A stretch of DNA of 64,000 nucleotides from Flavobacterium sp. (GTDB lineage: Bacteria > Bacteroidota > Bacteroidia > Flavobacteriales > Flavobacteriaceae): NCBI RefSeq assembly GCF_032153895.1, contig NZ_JALDYN010000011.1, positions 3,937 through 67,936 on the forward strand, written 5' to 3'. Position 1 is the first letter of the stretch, and each line of letters begins with the position of its first letter. The translations under genes and the position numbers were made by a program. The notes below the pieces were generated by a model, which saw only the letters and a program-made list of their open reading frames with translations, had not been told where the DNA came from and did not search any database. This document shows positions 29,901-39,800 of this stretch, in pieces.

Positions 29901-32769
29901 AAGCGGTTTTAAATTTAACCGTTAAATCTGAAGCTGATAGCACTCCTACTCCGTTGTACATTGTAGCAAAACTGTCATCATCATTATCAACGGCATTCCA
30001 CGGATTTTGAACACTTGTTGTACTGGTTAAAACTCCTATTCCCAAATCGTAAACTCCATGAAAAACATCTTCTATATCTCCCGGTGAACAAACTGCGGGG
30101 TTTTCTTCAACATAATAATAAGCCTCATAAACTTTGGCATTTTGAGCCACACTTAGCACAGAGCCAACAATGATTCTAACACCATCGTATGGTTTGGGTC
30201 CCGTAATATTTGACGGTACAAACGTATACTCAAAACAATTCTCTCCTGGAAGCAAATCAAGTAAAGTCCCCGAAAGTGGCTGAATAACTCCGATGTCTTC
30301 CGGTACACCCATTCCGTTTCTTTTGGTTCCGACAACTGATATGGCTCCAATTAACGCTAAACCACTGTATTCGGTACCTAATTTTACGGTTAATGGCGTA
30401 CCGGCCGGTATGGTTGAATTCCATTGAAGTGTCTGCCAAGTTGTACCCACGCCTAAAAGACCTAAACCAGTTGTAATTGTGGAATACGTTTGTGGATTGT
30501 TGTCTATGGCTTGGTTGTTATTTGAAACTCCACCTGTTATTATAGAACCTTCGGTTTGAGTTTCTGCATAAACTCTTCTTGTTGCTATGCCGCAATTCGC
30601 CGGATCATTAACAACAATTGTTACAGTTATTGTAGTATTACACAATGAATTACTCGCTACTGCAGTGAATGTAAAGCTTCCCGATGTAGTAAAAGGCCCC
30701 GCAATATTTGAAGCCAATGCATTACCATCTGAATCATACCAAATAACTGTTGCGTCTGAAGTGTACGTTAACGTTACACTATCTCCTATATTCACATTAT
30801 AAGTAGTTGGATTAACTTGTAATACTGGTAACGGATTAACCGTAACGACCACTTCCTGCATAACCGAAGCACAAACATTTGAAGCATTTGAAGCCTGAAC
30901 ATAATACGTTCCGTTTACGCTAATATTTTGAGCATCTTCCGCTGTTATTGGATTACTAGCTCCATCAAAAAAACTGTAGGTTGTTGCACCGGTTGTGTCA
31001 AAACCGACAATAGCATCAGCTAGATTTACAGAACCACATCCTGATAGTGTCGGGGAAACTGTTAGCAAAGTCTGAGTTGGGAAAACAACTTCAACAGGTA
31101 ACAAAGTATTCGCTGCATTTTCACACAAACCGGCTACTTCGACTGCTATGAAATAAGTCATTGGAGTATTTCCAGAATTCAAACCTGTTATGGTTAATTC
31201 ACCGTTCGTTGTATTTTTAACATACGTAAGTCCCGAATGTCCTGAAAAACCAGTATCAATTTCCTGACTCATCAATTGGTCAGTGTAATAATTGAAAGAA
31301 GAATTTGCAATAAGCGTTGTTGGATTTAAAATGGCCTCACCCGAGCAACTTGCAGTTATTGGACTACTTATAGTAATGTCTGCTGCTGTTGGTAAATCTA
31401 ACACCGTCACAACAACCGGAATCCTTGATGATAACTGTGGACATCCAATTTTGCGACTTGCCACATAATATGTTGTGGTAGTATTTAAAACTGGCGTGGT
31501 ATATCCGACGTTAAATGCGGTAACCGCTATTGGAGTATTGCTAGTAGAAGAATCAAACCATACTAATTCGTTGTCATTGGCCGTATCTGCTAACAATGTA
31601 ACCGATTGTCCTTCGCATATTGTTGCGTTTTGAGAACTTAACGCAATAGTTGGAGCAGCGGGTGATTTGTATACGTCATAAAAACGAACGCCTTTGGTAA
31701 GATTCAACTGAACAAGTGATGACAAAGTCAATTTAACCCTATCAAATGGTTGCCCAGGCGAAATCGGTATGGTGGCTTTTTGACCTCCACTTAATAAGCC
31801 TAACAAATCTAAATCTAGAACAGTTCCAACATCGAGGGTATGTACAACATTCGTTCCGTTTAAGGCTTCAATTTTAAAGCCATCAGACAAGCCAAGCGAT
31901 AATATAGACGGATTATCCAACTGCACTGTAACATGCACCTGATCTGTTGGATTTGATAACGCGTCGAAATATACCGTCTGACTCATCGTTCCGGCCAAAG
32001 ACAACACACCTAAACTTATATGGGAATAACTATTAGCATTAGTATCAATTGCATTTTCAGAATTAGAAACGCCAGCTGCGCCTAAACCTAGCAAATCAAC
32101 AGTTCCACCGGTTCCGTCAAAAGAAGTTGCAAATGGAGAAATGCAGACATTCGTACCATCTGTATAATAAGCGTGATAAACCCGCATACTATTAAAAGTT
32201 CCCAACAGAAGTGCACTAGTAGTATCTGTAATCTCAACTCTATTATATGGCTGATTGGGCGTTATGGCAAAATAAAAATTCCCATTAACGTCTTTTATCA
32301 GTTTACCAGCTTCTGTAGAAAAGTTATTTTGACTGGAATAAATTGCTACTGTTGACGCATTGTTTTTGGCCGCAACCGTAAAATAATGATTCCCCAAAAC
32401 AACTGTTCCTAAAAGATCTGCTAATCCTCCTCCTAAATTTCCTCCTAACAAGGCATTAAGAACATCCTGATCAAAATCGATTCTAATAAATGTTGTTTTA
32501 CCTGCGGGCAAAGTAGATGGGAATTCGAGTTCAACTTTTCCACTATAACTCCCTAGACCAACAGCTACACCTCCATACGAATTAAGAGTCGTGTATGAAT
32601 TATCATAAATAGTAGCATTTAAAGGGCTAGTTGCGTGATCTGAAGACACCAGTGTACTGGCATTCACATAGCTAACCTGTCCTGTAGCAACGGTTTGAAT
32701 CATAAAAGACAATACCGAAAGACAGCATACAAGGAAAGATTTATCCCTGAGAGTAGGCTTCCAATTCAT
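26968..32769 (-). CDS. Large T9SS type-B (gliding-motility CTD) surface adhesin, 1933 aa
   Basis: Signal peptide; Ig-like WYDA(P/A)TGGN repeats; CTD FTPNEDGSNDTF...YNRYGNLVF...GTYYY...GWLFI. Confidence 0.92.
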   Translation of the reverse strand: MNWKPTLRDKSFLVCCLSVLSFMIQTVATGQVSYVNASTLVSSDHATSPLNATIYDNSYTTLNSYGGVAVGLGSYSGKVELEFPSTLPAGKTTFIRIDFDQDVLNALLGGNLGGGLADLLGTVVLGNHYFTVAAKNNASTVAIYSSQNNFSTEAGKLIKDVNGNFYFAITPNQPYNRVEITDTTSALLLGTFNSMRVYHAYYTDGTNVCISPFATSFDGTGGTVDLLGLGAAGVSNSENAIDTNANSYSHISLGVLSLAGTMSQTVYFDALSNPTDQVHVTVQLDNPSILSLGLSDGFKIEALNGTNVVHTLDVGTVLDLDLLGLLSGGQKATIPISPGQPFDRVKLTLSSLVQLNLTKGVRFYDVYKSPAAPTIALSSQNATICEGQSVTLLADTANDNELVWFDSSTSNTPIAVTAFNVGYTTPVLNTTTTYYVASRKIGCPQLSSRIPVVVTVLDLPTAADITISSPITASCSGEAILNPTTLIANSSFNYYTDQLMSQEIDTGFSGHSGLTYVKNTTNGELTITGLNSGNTPMTYFIAVEVAGLCENAANTLLPVEVVFPTQTLLTVSPTLSGCGSVNLADAIVGFDTTGATTYSFFDGASNPITAEDAQNISVNGTYYVQASNASNVCASVMQEVVVTVNPLPVLQVNPTTYNVNIGDSVTLTYTSDATVIWYDSDGNALASNIAGPFTTSGSFTFTAVASNSLCNTTITVTIVVNDPANCGIATRRVYAETQTEGSIITGGVSNNNQAIDNNPQTYSTITTGLGLLGVGTTWQTLQWNSTIPAGTPLTVKLGTEYSGLALIGAISVVGTKRNGMGVPEDIGVIQPLSGTLLDLLPGENCFEYTFVPSNITGPKPYDGVRIIVGSVLSVAQNAKVYEAYYYVEENPAVCSPGDIEDVFHGVYDLGIGVLTSTTSVQNPWNAVDNDDDSFATMYNGVGVLSASDLTVKFKTASQPTDILKIKLTKSGSVLSVGALAGFTVQAYMGNVPVGNPLIADGSTANIELLNGGSEIIFVSNTQLPSYDRVRIRLGGVANVLDFVQVHYVKREALIDITDTPDTTITVCQGGSVSIVPDACTTYRWYDAATGGNVLADGISYTIPANITGGTYDFFVQPIRGGCEVLSRTKVTVTVMPAAPEPYLMDVLVNATTDTTICSDTGNVTLTAQLSSVAAVVTNPVYYWYSFDGTNQVLIPGQNGNVLQLTGLTPGTYTYYVGVSSDEYCETLQPDRKSVTFTILPFSTDADIQIANQNVCIGNPVILEPNSSLTNPQFSWYFTNDTTQPVSNGTFGGITYLIDANGVLTVTGLTTLNSPYTYYISMASDTTCSNMPGTLKAVTVQVNDTVTPTTTEAIQSFCESENPTVAMLQTNEAGTIWYDAPANGNIISSSTALVDGMIYYGSLTDNVTGCSSSTRLEVTAQINVVATPTTTDAIQDFCSADSPTVASLQVNETGVIWYDAPSGGNVIAPTTALVDDGIYYAGITDVVTGCSSTSLLAVTVNLNSTATPTTNDTTQDFCGSDNPTIAMLQVNEAGVIWYDAPMGGNVLISTTPLTDGGIYYAGITDAVTGCSSVSLLAVTVSLNSVSTPTTTDTTQEFCASDSPTIGMLQVNETGVIWYDAPTGGNVLSSTTLLVDGQIYYAGITDSVTGCSSEILLAVSANLDEGQTPTTTGTIQDFCEADNPTIASLQVNEAGVIWYDAPTGGNVLASTTLLEDGTTYYAGMTDSITGCLSTTLLGITVNFNASGPATINGGLNTTCILSSVTYTTESGMSNYIWTVSDDGLITAGGGVNDDFVTITWQQPGVNSVGVSYNNSLVCNLPSSETLNIVVEICVGGVGEDPCLTVYNEFTPNEDGSNDTFNIKCAEFYPNNKLAIYNRYGNLVFETRGYANDWRGISNVSNTFDGNVLATGTYYYTFESGDAENIIKSGWLFIMR
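27535..28734 (-). repeat. Five tandem 240-bp (80-aa) Ig-like coding repeats
   Basis: TPTTT..Q.FC...PT.A.LQ.NE.G.IWYDAP..GN recurs at an exact 240-nt period. Confidence 0.9.
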
Positions 32770-33340
32770 AAGCGATAATTTTACGGGTTAATTTATTTTT
32801 GCTTTATGAGCTTAACTCATATACTTGTAACCACTTAAAAAATCAAACTTTTCACCTCTCCCTTTCTTACTCTGTCTGATGCTTTTACAACACCTTCAAA
32901 CCATCATCATTAAATCATTCTCATTTTATTTTTGCAGATTTAGGGATAATCTTTTGACTTAAGATGCATAAATCACTCAGATTTAATTTTTAAATCAAAA
33001 AATCGCAAAAAGTCATTTTATTTGAATGCAATTTTCTTTTACTTGACATTTAATATTTTTATTATTTGAGGCTTTTATCTTGTTAAATATTAATTTTAAT
33101 AAATTTTTATATAGACTTCTTCTAAATAATCACAATTTCATTGTAAATATTTATTTTTTTTATAGCTTGCTAATCATCAACAAAATAGCTAGTCGTCTCT
33201 CACACACAAAGATTAGCGGCATTTGTTAAATTATTAAGGAGTGAGAAAATATTAATTATTGCGAATTTAAATCATTACCGTAACGAATAACTCGTCTTAT
33301 TCTTACACTTTATAGTAAAGCTAGTCTAAAATTTATTCTT

Positions 33341-33970
33341 ATGCAAGAAAATAATTCGCAATTTGCGAAAAATACGATAAAAGGATTGAAAAAATCGTTA
33401 AACGTAAAGACCGATCTCGAGTTAGCGAAAATTTTAGATGTAAAACCCAATACCATTTCTACCTGGAAAAAGAGAAACACGCTTGATTATCAAAAAATAA
33501 TTCAGAAATGTCTTGAACACAGTATCGATTTACACGAATTGTTCAGAAAGGAAAACGAACAAATAACAGATGAGCAGGAAATTTCCATCATTTCTAAAGA
33601 ATTAATCTATCAATACACTCGTGGTCAATTAAGTTCGCTATCAAGACTTCCATCGGCTAAGTTGCCTTTTAACTTTGATAAAGACACGCTTATTTTTCAA
33701 ATTGAAAATCAAAAAAAAGAGAATCAGAGCCCCACGAGTACATTCGCAATCTGTAAAAAAATTGAATTACCAGAAACAAGAGAAAACGAGTTATATATTG
33801 TAATCAGCCAAAAGAAAGGTTTTTTTATCGCTTTTATCCAAAAAGATAGTGATTCCGAATCTATTATCTTAAAACAAGAAGATCAACCCGCTTTTAATGA
33901 TTCGATATCCATTGCTCTTGATGATATTGACGAAATATGGGAAATAAAAGGAAATCTTTCTATTTGGTAG
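33341..33970 (+). CDS. Phage CI-repressor-type HTH regulator with a degenerate S24-like C-terminal domain
   Basis: LKKSLNVKTDLELAKILDVKPNTISTWKKRNTLD; C-terminal I..IWEIKG; no GDSM/KR catalytic residues. Confidence 0.75.
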   Translation: MQENNSQFAKNTIKGLKKSLNVKTDLELAKILDVKPNTISTWKKRNTLDYQKIIQKCLEHSIDLHELFRKENEQITDEQEISIISKELIYQYTRGQLSSLSRLPSAKLPFNFDKDTLIFQIENQKKENQSPTSTFAICKKIELPETRENELYIVISQKKGFFIAFIQKDSDSESIILKQEDQPAFNDSISIALDDIDEIWEIKGNLSIW

Positions 33971-34083
33971 TTTAACACTTTAAAAGCAAATTGACTTCTT
34001 CTCGAATTTCAAGTACAAATTTTAATTCATCCGAAATCACAATTGTTTATAAACTCTATTGTCAAATTCAAAAACCCATAATC

Positions 34084-34118
34084 AGTATCTAAAAAAGTAA
34101 ATTAGTTTTTTAGATACT
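34084..34118. terminator. Terminator between convergent genes
   Basis: AGTATCTAAAAAA / TTTTTTAGATACT, a perfect 13-bp stem. Confidence 0.7.
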
Positions 34119-34358
34119 TTATTCAAAATCAGACAAAATTTCACATACTGGATTATGCAATAAAGCAACTTTGATAATGTCATTTGTACTAAAAAAGCCT
34201 TCCACACGCAAAACTCTGTCGATATCCTCAAGGTCAAAATCAACTTTAAGATTTGGGTATATGAAAAGTAAATCACTTTTAATTTTCTGCATTTGTTTAC
34301 CATTTTTAATAGAAGTTTTAAAAACTTCTATTTGATACTTACTTACATCATTCATCAT
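34119..34358 (-). CDS. Small ferredoxin/HMA-like-fold hypothetical protein
   Basis: IEVFKTSI...VDFDLEDIDRVLRVEG; start at MMND preferred, although the frame is open to 34601. Confidence 0.55.
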   Translation of the reverse strand: MMNDVSKYQIEVFKTSIKNGKQMQKIKSDLLFIYPNLKVDFDLEDIDRVLRVEGFFSTNDIIKVALLHNPVCEILSDFE

Positions 34359-34619
34359 TTTCCGTTTTGCATTAAGAATTCTTTTGTAGACAATTGTATT
34401 ATTTTTAAAAACCCATTGAATATCACTTAAACTCATATCTGTTTTCATTATGGAAAGAAAATAATTTATATTACTTTTTCTTGTTATGTTTAATTCTGTT
34501 TTTGGCGATTTTTTAAGAAATTCATAATTAATCCAGAAAAAATCATATTCTGAAATATTTTTTAGATTAAAATGATAATTCTCCAGTTTTGCTTTTATCA
34601 TATTTAAAAAATTAAGGTT

Positions 34620-34910
34620 TTATCTTTTTCTTGGATCTGTATTTTTATATTCTCTCAATACTTTTTGAAACGCAATAATATCAACAGGCTTATGAAACAA
34701 TTCTATTGCTGAAGGGTATTTCAAAAGTAATTTTTGTGGTCGTGTTGGTCTTTTCTCGAAACCTCCATCGCAATTTGGGCATGTATTTTCTAATATATTT
34801 TGTACACAGTCTAAACAGAATGTACACTCGAAACTACATATCATGGCTTGATCGCTATCATTTGGAAGCGATTGTCCGCAATTTTCACAATTAAGTCTTA
34901 ATTCTAACAT
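34620..34910 (-). CDS. DUF1272-family Cys-rich protein
   Basis: MLELRLNCENC...ICSFECTFCLDC...CPNCDG. Confidence 0.88.
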   Translation of the reverse strand: MLELRLNCENCGQSLPNDSDQAMICSFECTFCLDCVQNILENTCPNCDGGFEKRPTRPQKLLLKYPSAIELFHKPVDIIAFQKVLREYKNTDPRKR

Positions 34911-35017
34911 AAACTATTATTTTGGGTTTAATTAGACATTGTTTAAATCTTCATAAAGCGTTCTTCACATACTTTATGATTGTAATTTTTACTTTTATAG
35001 TTGTTCTTAAAACGTCA

Positions 35018-35788
35018 TTATTTTAAAGTAGCTAATAAATAGATTACATAACCCGATTTCCCTTTCACTTTATTGATTTCCCAATTGAAAGCATCTTGAT
35101 TTTCAAGCCCTTTAACCAATTCTTTCATTTCTTCAACAGAATAGGTTCTTAAGGACGAAACTACTCCGTCCCATAAAACACAGATAGGAACTATTGGAAT
35201 CAAATAGGTAAAAATTATGCGCCCAAAACTAAACGGCTTAATGAATGGCGTTACCAACAAAACCGATATTGGTGAAAGCAGCATTACCATAATACTCAGA
35301 AAACTTCGCTCCTGAGCTTCAAAAATGGCTATATTACTTTTGGTATTTACTGCATTTTGTAATATCTGCTTGGCGTCATCAGTTTCAAAATGATGGAATG
35401 ACAAAAATTGAGTACGTAATCCTTTAAAATTCTCAGGAACATTGCGGGCATCCACAGGTTCTGCAACAAATTCAAAATTTTCGGCTTGTTTTTGAGTATA
35501 GCGAAAAGCTTTTTTGTTGGGATAATAGTCGGTCAAGAGAATTTTCAAATCTGGCTTAGTTTTTAAAAGTTCGGTATTGAGCCAAAGCAGACCACCTCCG
35601 CCGCCTGAAGCTAAATCTATTATTTGATTGTTTTTAGAAGCCTCTAATCCTTTTTCAATTACAGGAATTACAGGTTGGTACAATTTTGTTTTATTGGATA
35701 GAAACTGTAAAAAATCTGTCATGTAATTTCTAAGAAAAGTTGGAAACCATTTTTGGTCTTCAATTTCAAATAAGTGAATACGACTCAT
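35018..35788 (-). CDS. Class I SAM-dependent methyltransferase-like protein
   Basis: IIDLASGGGG, LTDYYP, VDAR, FHHF, WDGVVSSLRTY. Confidence 0.75.
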   Translation of the reverse strand: MSRIHLFEIEDQKWFPTFLRNYMTDFLQFLSNKTKLYQPVIPVIEKGLEASKNNQIIDLASGGGGGLLWLNTELLKTKPDLKILLTDYYPNKKAFRYTQKQAENFEFVAEPVDARNVPENFKGLRTQFLSFHHFETDDAKQILQNAVNTKSNIAIFEAQERSFLSIMVMLLSPISVLLVTPFIKPFSFGRIIFTYLIPIVPICVLWDGVVSSLRTYSVEEMKELVKGLENQDAFNWEINKVKGKSGYVIYLLATLK

Positions 35789-35812
35789 ACACTTTTAATT
35801 TAATGATTGATA

Positions 35813-36931
35813 TTAATTGGTTTTTTTATAATTGATTACTGCCCAAATATTAAAAACTAAAGCAAAAACGATGATACAGGCAAAATGTGGCAATACGTTG
35901 TGAAAACCGCTGCCTTTTAAAATAAACATCCGCATCACATCAATCAGATAGGCAACAGGATTCAATTTGGAAATCCAGATGGCCCATTCCGGCATACTAT
36001 CGATAGGCGTAAACAAGCCACCCAAAAGCAAGAAAATCAATTGAAAGAAAAACATGACCAGCATCGCCTGTTGTTGAGATTCACAGTAAGTTGAAACCAA
36101 CAAACCAAAACCTAGTATTGCTAGCAAATAAATCGCCACAAAAGCATACATAACCAACATATTGCCTTCTGGCACAATACCATATATGTATCGTGCCAAT
36201 AACAATCCTATCGTAAAAACGATATTAGCCAATATCCAGAATGGAATAAGTTTACCAAGTATGAAATGGTGTTTTTTTATAGGAGTTACGTTAATCTGCT
36301 CGATAGTACCAATTTCCTTTTCTTTAACAATATTGAGCGTAGCAAGAAAACCTCCAACCAAAGTAACCAACAGGGCCAGAATTCCGGGTACAAAATACTT
36401 TTGATAATTGAGGTTTTTATTGAACCAGTTTTCAGATCTTATTTCGATTGTTGGCATTTCATAGAAAGATGAAGGATTTTTCAATTTCATTCGGATATTA
36501 TGATTAAAATCGGCTATGGTCTGTTGCAGATAATTGGCTCCCAAACCCGCTTTACTTCCGTTAATGGCATTTACGGCAACAAATAACTTTTCTTCATTAT
36601 CACGGATTAGATTTCGCTCGAATCCTTTTGGAATTTCCAAAATTAAATCGGCTGCATCGTTTTCAATATTTTTCAAAGCTTTTGTATAAGACGACTCATA
36701 ACTCTGTAATTTGAAATAAGGAGTCCCCGAAATTTTACTGATTAATTCTTTAGAATAACCCGATTTATCATTATCAACAATAGAAATATTGATGTTTTTC
36801 ACTTCATAATTGGCAGCTAAAGGCAATATCAATAGCTGGATGGTTGGCATCATAAAAATAATAGCCAAAATCGATTTGTTCCTGAATATCTGACGGAACT
36901 CTTTTCGTAGGAGAAAAAGTAATGTTTTCAT
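35813..36931 (-). CDS. ABC-2 transporter permease (YbhR-like)
   Basis: KEFRQIFRNK, VKEKEIGTIEQINVTP, LFTPIDSMP. Confidence 0.92.
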   Translation of the reverse strand: MKTLLFLLRKEFRQIFRNKSILAIIFMMPTIQLLILPLAANYEVKNINISIVDNDKSGYSKELISKISGTPYFKLQSYESSYTKALKNIENDAADLILEIPKGFERNLIRDNEEKLFVAVNAINGSKAGLGANYLQQTIADFNHNIRMKLKNPSSFYEMPTIEIRSENWFNKNLNYQKYFVPGILALLVTLVGGFLATLNIVKEKEIGTIEQINVTPIKKHHFILGKLIPFWILANIVFTIGLLLARYIYGIVPEGNMLVMYAFVAIYLLAILGFGLLVSTYCESQQQAMLVMFFFQLIFLLLGGLFTPIDSMPEWAIWISKLNPVAYLIDVMRMFILKGSGFHNVLPHFACIIVFALVFNIWAVINYKKTN

Positions 36932-36933
36932 AA

Positions 36934-38040
36934 TTATTCCAATCTGATTTTAAATTTTCTTAAGCTCACTAATAGCAGAAACAAAGTGATACCCAAAAGA
37001 ATAAGCGTTTCCTTCCACACAGATTCAAACCCCAATCCTTTTATCATTATATTTTTGACAATTATATAAAACCACTTCGATGGTACTATATTGGAAAATA
37101 ATTGCAATATTTTGGGCATGTTTTCAATCGGGAACATGAATCCGCTGAAAATCATTGTTGGCATTAACATCCCTACTAATGAAACCAGCATAGCTAATTG
37201 TTGTGAAGTAGTATTTATGGATATCAAAATACCTAAAACCAAACAACAGGTTATGAACAATGCGCTTTCGAGAACGAGTAACAACAAACTTCCTTGAATG
37301 GGCAAATCCATCGCATATACGCTCAACAATAAGATGGTACCTAAATTGATTAACGATAAAATGAAATACGGAACTGCTTTAGCCAGAATAACCATTATTG
37401 GCCGGAATGGCGACACCAAAAGAATTTCCATAGTGCCCATTTCTTTTTCCTTGACAATTGAAATAGCCGTCATCATCACACAAATAAGCATTAGCACCAT
37501 TGCCATTACACCCGGAACAAAATTGTGAACTCCTTTCATTTGCGGATTATACAACATTCGGGTTTCCGCTTTAATTTGGTAAGGTATTTGAACCGTGTTA
37601 TTTATGTCTTTTTGGTAATCGTTAATAATTGCCGACGCATAGTTGGTTATTGTCGTTGCGGTGTTCGGATCTGATGCATCTGCCAAAACCTGAATTTGTG
37701 CTTTATGCTGGTGCATTAAATCATTATTGAAATTGGCAGGTAACACTATAGCCGCCTTGATTTTCCCGTTCCTGAATTGCTCCAGAATTTCTTTTTGTGA
37801 AAACGGAGTCTTCTCAATTTCAAAATAACGACTGCTCTCAAACTTGGTGATTATTGCTTGTGAACTTTGGTCTTTTGCATTGTCAACTACGATAATTTTA
37901 GAGTTTTTCAATTCATTGGTTAACGCAAAACCAAATAACGTAATCTGGGCGATTGGCATTCCAAACAAAATGAACAGCGTTTTTCTATCACGCAATACGT
38001 GGAAAAACTCCTTTAGTACAAACATTAAAAACTGTTTCAT
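36934..38040 (-). CDS. ABC-2 transporter permease (YbhS-like)
   Basis: KEFFHVLRDRK, VKEKEMGTMEILLVSP, FPIENMP. Confidence 0.92.
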   Translation of the reverse strand: MKQFLMFVLKEFFHVLRDRKTLFILFGMPIAQITLFGFALTNELKNSKIIVVDNAKDQSSQAIITKFESSRYFEIEKTPFSQKEILEQFRNGKIKAAIVLPANFNNDLMHQHKAQIQVLADASDPNTATTITNYASAIINDYQKDINNTVQIPYQIKAETRMLYNPQMKGVHNFVPGVMAMVLMLICVMMTAISIVKEKEMGTMEILLVSPFRPIMVILAKAVPYFILSLINLGTILLLSVYAMDLPIQGSLLLLVLESALFITCCLVLGILISINTTSQQLAMLVSLVGMLMPTMIFSGFMFPIENMPKILQLFSNIVPSKWFYIIVKNIMIKGLGFESVWKETLILLGITLFLLLVSLRKFKIRLE

Positions 38041-38057
38041 ATTTTTAAGTGCTAATG

Positions 38058-38810
38058 TTAATCGCCTCTTTGGGCAACTCGCGCCAATTGATAAAATACC
38101 TCATCCATAGTGGCGACGTTAAACTGATTTTTCAAATCGGTTGGTGATCCTAATGCGGAAATCGCTCCATCAACCATCATCGAAATACGATTACAATACT
38201 CTGCTTCGTCCATATAATGTGTGGTTACAAAAATGGTAATACCCCGTTCAGCTGCTTCATAAATCAAATCCCAAAATTGTCTCCTAGTTACCGGATCGAC
38301 ACCTCCTGTTGGCTCATCAAGAAATACAATTTCAGGATCATGGAATACGGCTGTACAAAATGCCAACTTCTGTTTCCATCCCAAAGGAAGGCTGGCTACA
38401 AGTTTATTTGCTTCTTTCTGTAAGCCCAGTTTTGTAATAAGTTGCTCACTTTTTGATTTAATCTGCTCATTGGAAAGGCCGTATATGCCTCCAAAAAATT
38501 CCAAATTTTCCAAAATAGTTAAATCTTCATACAAGGAGAATTTCTGACTCATGTAACCAATGTGTTTTTTGATTTTTTCAGTTTCCTTAAACACATCATA
38601 GCCTGCAATGGTAGCAGAACCCGAAGTTGGTATAGACAAACCGCACAACATACGCATGGCGGTGGTTTTCCCTGCTCCATTCGCTCCTAAAAAGCCAAAT
38701 ATTTCACCCTTATACACTTCAAAGCTGATTTCTTTTACCGCTGTAAAATCACCAAAGCGTTTGCATATTTTTTCGGCCTTAATAGATATTTCCCTATTCG
38801 TTTCCATCAT
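38058..38810 (-). CDS. ABC transporter ATP-binding protein
   Basis: GANGAGKTT, LPLGWKQ, LDEPTGGVDP. Confidence 0.93.
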   Translation of the reverse strand: MMETNREISIKAEKICKRFGDFTAVKEISFEVYKGEIFGFLGANGAGKTTAMRMLCGLSIPTSGSATIAGYDVFKETEKIKKHIGYMSQKFSLYEDLTILENLEFFGGIYGLSNEQIKSKSEQLITKLGLQKEANKLVASLPLGWKQKLAFCTAVFHDPEIVFLDEPTGGVDPVTRRQFWDLIYEAAERGITIFVTTHYMDEAEYCNRISMMVDGAISALGSPTDLKNQFNVATMDEVFYQLARVAQRGD

Positions 38811-39789
38811 GTTTATTTTTATCAAATAATAACAGCATGAAACTATCTTCTACTGTTGCTTTAGCAAGTTTTACTTCTATATCAGAATGTCCTTGTGTTT
38901 TCAGATAGTTTTCGATTTCTGAAATAGTATCACTTTGCTCATTCAAAACTGTTAGATGAGCATATTCCCCAAAGGCATAGCTATTGTCCGTATTACCCCA
39001 ATGGCTTAAAGATTTCAACACTCCATACATATTATTAGCCTTTACATCATACAATTGCTTTGGATAATTGGACATAATGTTTTGTGGTGAATCGATCGAA
39101 AGAATTTTACCATCCTGCATCAATGCAATTCGATCACACATGGTAGCTTCGTCCATATAAGGTGTAGAAACCATAATAGTGATGTTTTGCTTTTTTAACC
39201 TTTTCAGCATTTCCCAAAATTCTTTTCGTGAGACAGGATCTACCCCGGTTGTAGGCTCATCTAGAAAAAGTACTGTTGGTTTGTGGATAAGAGCACAGCA
39301 AAGAGCTAATTTTTGTTTCATTCCTCCCGATAACTTCCCTGCCCGTCTGTCTTTAAACTTTTCAATCTGACTGTATATATCCTCAATCAAATGGTAGTTT
39401 TCCTCTATAGTTGTATTGAAAATAGTGGCAAAAAAACGTAGATTTTCTTCGATAGTCATGTCTTGATACAGCGAAAATTTACCAGGCATGTAACCTACAT
39501 TGTTTCTGATTTTTTTATAGTCTTTTACAATGTCAAAACTATCTACTGAAGCTATACCGCTGTCTGGTAAAACCAAAGTAGTCAATACTCTAAACAAACT
39601 CGTCTTCCCTGCTCCGTCTGGACCTATGATGCCAAAAATTTCGCCACGGTTTACTGTAAATGAAACATTGTTTACTGCTACTATTTCCTTTTGCTTACCA
39701 TAAGCTTTTGAAATATTCTCAACTCGTACGGCAATTTCAGCATGGCTGTTTTGTTCGGAATGGTCAATATCTTTTTTAATAGCTTCCAT
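38794..39789 (-). CDS. ABC transporter ATP-binding protein
   Basis: GPDGAGKTS, LSGGMKQ, LDEPTTGVDP. Confidence 0.93.
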   Translation of the reverse strand: MEAIKKDIDHSEQNSHAEIAVRVENISKAYGKQKEIVAVNNVSFTVNRGEIFGIIGPDGAGKTSLFRVLTTLVLPDSGIASVDSFDIVKDYKKIRNNVGYMPGKFSLYQDMTIEENLRFFATIFNTTIEENYHLIEDIYSQIEKFKDRRAGKLSGGMKQKLALCCALIHKPTVLFLDEPTTGVDPVSRKEFWEMLKRLKKQNITIMVSTPYMDEATMCDRIALMQDGKILSIDSPQNIMSNYPKQLYDVKANNMYGVLKSLSHWGNTDNSYAFGEYAHLTVLNEQSDTISEIENYLKTQGHSDIEVKLAKATVEDSFMLLLFDKNKHDGNE

Positions 39790-39800
39790 TATTGCACGTT

